In this document: in pieces, positions 60,664-64,000 of the stretch | Numbering within the stretch: the stretch's first letter is position 1 | Layout: each line of letters begins with the position of its first letter | Assembly (NCBI RefSeq): GCF_041146345.1 | Contig: NW_027191415.1 | Location: forward strand, 1,240,001 to 1,304,000 | DNA: 64,000 nucleotides | Reading direction: 5' to 3' | Origin: Neodothiora populina | Lineage: Eukaryota | Program-made: the position numbers and the translations under genes | Notes under the pieces: model-generated | Seen by the model: the letters and a program-made list of their open reading frames with translations, nothing else | The model's database searches: none | Told to the model about the DNA's origin: nothing

Positions 60664-62874
60664 TATAGTGTAAAAAGCTTAAACGCTCGGCAACCCAATC
60701 AATACTTCAGCCAGTCGACACGCAGGTCGCATGCTCGCGCCTTACGCGTCATGTAGAACAATGGACATATTAGTGAAGTCGACAGATGCGACTCGGATTC
60801 TTCTTGGCGAATTGACGTGAGACAAAACAAGGGGTCGCACTTAGGCCACTGTACAACTATCGCAGGTAACAATCCCTGCGAATGGGAGTTCTGCCATTAA
60901 ACTGCGCAACTTGTGAGCGAAGCCGAAAGCAAGGGATCCCCTCCGGATGCCTGAACTGTCATCTCAATCATCCCTGGAAGAGGATCACAGGAGTTCCAGG
61001 ATGAGTTGTTAACCATCATTTCTAATGGGCATGTCTGATGTCCTTGTGAAGTGATTGGAAATCCGGCGTATGTGTCAATTTCACCAAATGCAGGTTCACC
61101 ATTGACCCCAGCAGATGGCCTCGACCCAGCATACCCAACTCGTGGCATCCGGGATTCGACGGGGTCAAACCCTGTCTGCTTTGGCAGATGCTTGAAAGTT
61201 CCCCTGCATCCGCGCAACCGACGAGGTTTCCGGCTGCATTATCAGATCCGTCGCGGCTGTGCAAGCAAGCCTGTCGCAGGCGGCCATATCATTATCGCTG
61301 ACTACAGTATTATTGTGCTCAAGGTGACGCGTTTTCTTGAGTAAGATATAGACGAGCTTTTCTTTGTTCTGCCCGTCGTGGAAGGACGGTTGCCAAGAGA
61401 ATAAGCCATCGAGTTCTTGTACAGATGAGGAAGAAGAAAAGTCATGTTTCAAGGCTTCGAATGGCGAAGGAAGGCTTGGGGATATCGTCAATCACCGTTT
61501 ATATTGTCTTGCACGCTTCAGTCTTCCCACTCGAGCGTGGGAATGTTTTCGCGAATTGCACAATGTTCGTTTCGAACGTCTTTACTTGTGGACGATTCGC
61601 CCTGATATGGATTGCGATGAGTGGCTTGACTTGGGAATCGAACCAAAAGGACAATGTATAATGGGTGGAAGGCCGGTGCGATCTCTACGCTGTCGAGGTT
61701 CGGGGCTTCCTGCCATCCAATGGACGGTATCGGCGATTCCCTCTTCGTCCGTTTACCTATCAAAACATGTCCGAACTCGTGCGAGTCGGCGAATTTCGCT
61801 ACAGCCTGCTTGCTCAACTCATGCTAAACGTCGAGCAGGTCGCTTACTCGCTACCGGACAAATGGGTGCCCAACCGAACCTTGAACGCTCCTACTGCCTC
61901 TCTCTCGGCGAAAGGAAACGTAGAAAACGCTGACATGTGAAGTGGCAGCGCCGGGCTTGCGTACGACACACCAAAGACACGTAGCCCTGCGCTGGACGAG
62001 GAAACGTCGATGCGGGCCCTTTTTTCCTTTGAGTTGTGATTAGGCGATCTTTCTGTTCTTTGCACGTCCAGCATTCTTGGGAAAAGCCAAGGCTTAGCAA
62101 TTGCTGGCACATCTTTTGGTAAAACCAAGTATCATTGTCCAGGTAAGGTAGTAGTCGTAAAGGTGAAGTGAGAAAGTGTAAGCGAAGTGCGATAAAGTAC
62201 TCGCTTTCTAGCCCCATCAAAGAGAAGATAGAGATCGAGTCCAGGTATATTGGGGTTTCTGTTGCTGGGAGAGTACTGACCGACAGAGAGAGGTGTAGAA
62301 AAGAAAGTGGAAAGCTGTTCATGGGGTTAGGACTAGAGGTTGAGAAGAAGACTTCAAGCACATATTCAGTCCATCGCGGTAGGACTTAATGATACGAACC
62401 GAAAGTATATTGAAAAGGAATGAGTTGGCAGCGGTGGTGGTTTTAGTAGTTGAGTTTAGCTTCTCGGCGTTAACGATACCATAGTGTTCAAATCGCCATA
62501 GATGGGTTTCTCGTGTCTGCAGCTTTCTCTTCTCCCCATTCCTTGACGATATGCATCTTTGCCATATGGTTTTTCTTTCTACATGGGTACATAATTTTTT
62601 CCTGACCTGTCATCCATCCATCTACTCATCCATACCGTACATAGACAAACACATCCACATCCACATCCACATACATATGTACATATACACACGTGAGCAA
62701 CGATACCCCTCATCTTCTCTGAAAATACGAACAATCGTGTTGTATGCCAAGTGCTGGCAAGAACCCTGATTGGGGACAGGGTCGCCTCAGTGACATGGGA
62801 GTTCTGAGAACGTCGACTTCTGCTGGCTTAGCTTGGCTTCATGTAGCAACGAGTAGAAGAAAGAAAAAACGCAT

Positions 62875-64000
62875 TCATATATAATAGCCCGCCCTCCACT
62901 TGCCATCAGCCACCACATCGAATCTGCATTTCGAACCCCGGCTCCTGGCCCGCTGGATGCCTCCGCTCTGGATCCAAGGAAGTAGATTCTTGCATTGAGA
63001 CACGTCGAGCACCTCGAGGTCTTTGCATCCAGCCAAAACGTTTTCCACTCCGGCGCCGGTGACCCTCACGCAGCCGCGCACGGACAAGTATCGCAGGTCT
63101 AGGAGGTGAAGACCGATTGATCTCAAGGACGAATCGGACACTGCTGAGCCACAGAAGGCGAGGTCGAGGTGGGTCAGATGCGTTAGACCTAGAGAAAGGA
63201 CTTCTGTCGCTGTGTCGGATAGGGCACAACAGAATGACTTTGGACGCGGACGTTAGTACGAAAATTCAGAGAAAGAGAGCAAGAAAAAGGAGCAAAAGCG
63301 AAGAAGAGAAGAGAGGAACTCACCAGATCCAGCTCCCTAAGTTCCCTGGCAGCGTTGGCCACACCGACAATAGCCTGATCCGTCAGATAGGTACAATCGG
63401 CCAGGATCAACTTGCGCAGCTTGGGAAAGTTGTGCAGACTCCACTGCTGGAAGCCCTGATCGCTTATACTTGTGCAGCGGGTCAGGTCGATACTCTCGAG
63501 GCGTGATGAAGCATGGACAGCTATATGTGCCATGCTCCTGTCCTGAACGTGTTTGCAGTATGACAGAGTAAGACGCTTGAGGTGGGCGGCGCCTATCACT
63601 GTGCCCGGAGGCGGTTGATCTGCTGGTGGTGGCGCGTGGTTCTGGACGATGACTCCACGTTTGTTGGGCCGCTTAGGCGCAGGGTTGACGGGCGGCAACA
63701 ATGGTGCCGCTTGTCCTGGAGGAGGGTGAGGGACGACCCATCCGACTATCCTCGCAAGCAGGTTATCTCCCACCTTTCGACAATTGCTCAGATCGATGTC
63801 CTCGAGGTACCTAGCCTTGTTGACGAGATCGAGGATAGCCTGGCCCGTCACGTCCCACACGCTTCTCATCTTCCAACTCCGAATGTCCTCGCCGAACGTC
63901 TCCACCAGAGCGTTGAAACCATCGTCGGTGACGTGGAAGCAGTTGTTCATGTTCACATGGCGTGGACGAGCGCCGACGAATGGACAGATGTAATCCTTGA
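62875..64000 (-). CDS. 3' part of a Cys-containing LRR protein, most like the fungal cNMP-binding/F-box/LRR family (5' end outside window); intron 63238-63323
   Basis: Repeated AMN1/FBXL-type LRRs: IDLSNCRKVGD, LTLSYCKHVQD, IDLTRCTSISD, LILADCTYLTD, LDLSFCCALSD, LSVRGCVRVT. The F-box and cNMP domains are not visible here; the family call is from recalled similarity. Confidence 0.85.

Overview
Eukaryotic DNA from a filamentous ascomycete (Pezizomycotina; possibly a Dothideomycete, which is inference). Evidence: short GT-AG introns of about 50-60 nt with CTRAY branch points and typical fungal gene families. I built spliced models by hand for 15 protein genes: two Zn2Cys6 transcription factors, mitochondrial RNase II (Cyt-4/Dss1), MOCS2A/CnxG, an FLC/TRP-like channel, an MFS transporter, a 10-exon putative 7TM membrane protein largely hidden from the ORF track, an NCS1 purine-cytosine permease, HMG-CoA reductase, Spa2, Gig1/DUF3605, kinesin-8, an MDR enoyl-reductase-like oxidoreductase, a ferric reductase and the 3' end of an LRR protein. 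There are also two intron-containing tRNAs. The region is mostly housekeeping: no PKS/NRPS, intact transposon or CRISPR array is visible, and I cannot claim a new multi-gene system. Best leads: the micro-exon 7TM gene, a strongly recurrent TACWGTA palindrome, microsatellite-dense and GC3-high islands, a likely dual-targeted oxidoreductase, a long structured 5'UTR intron in cnxG, and a tRNA-Arg with a wobble-rich acceptor stem.
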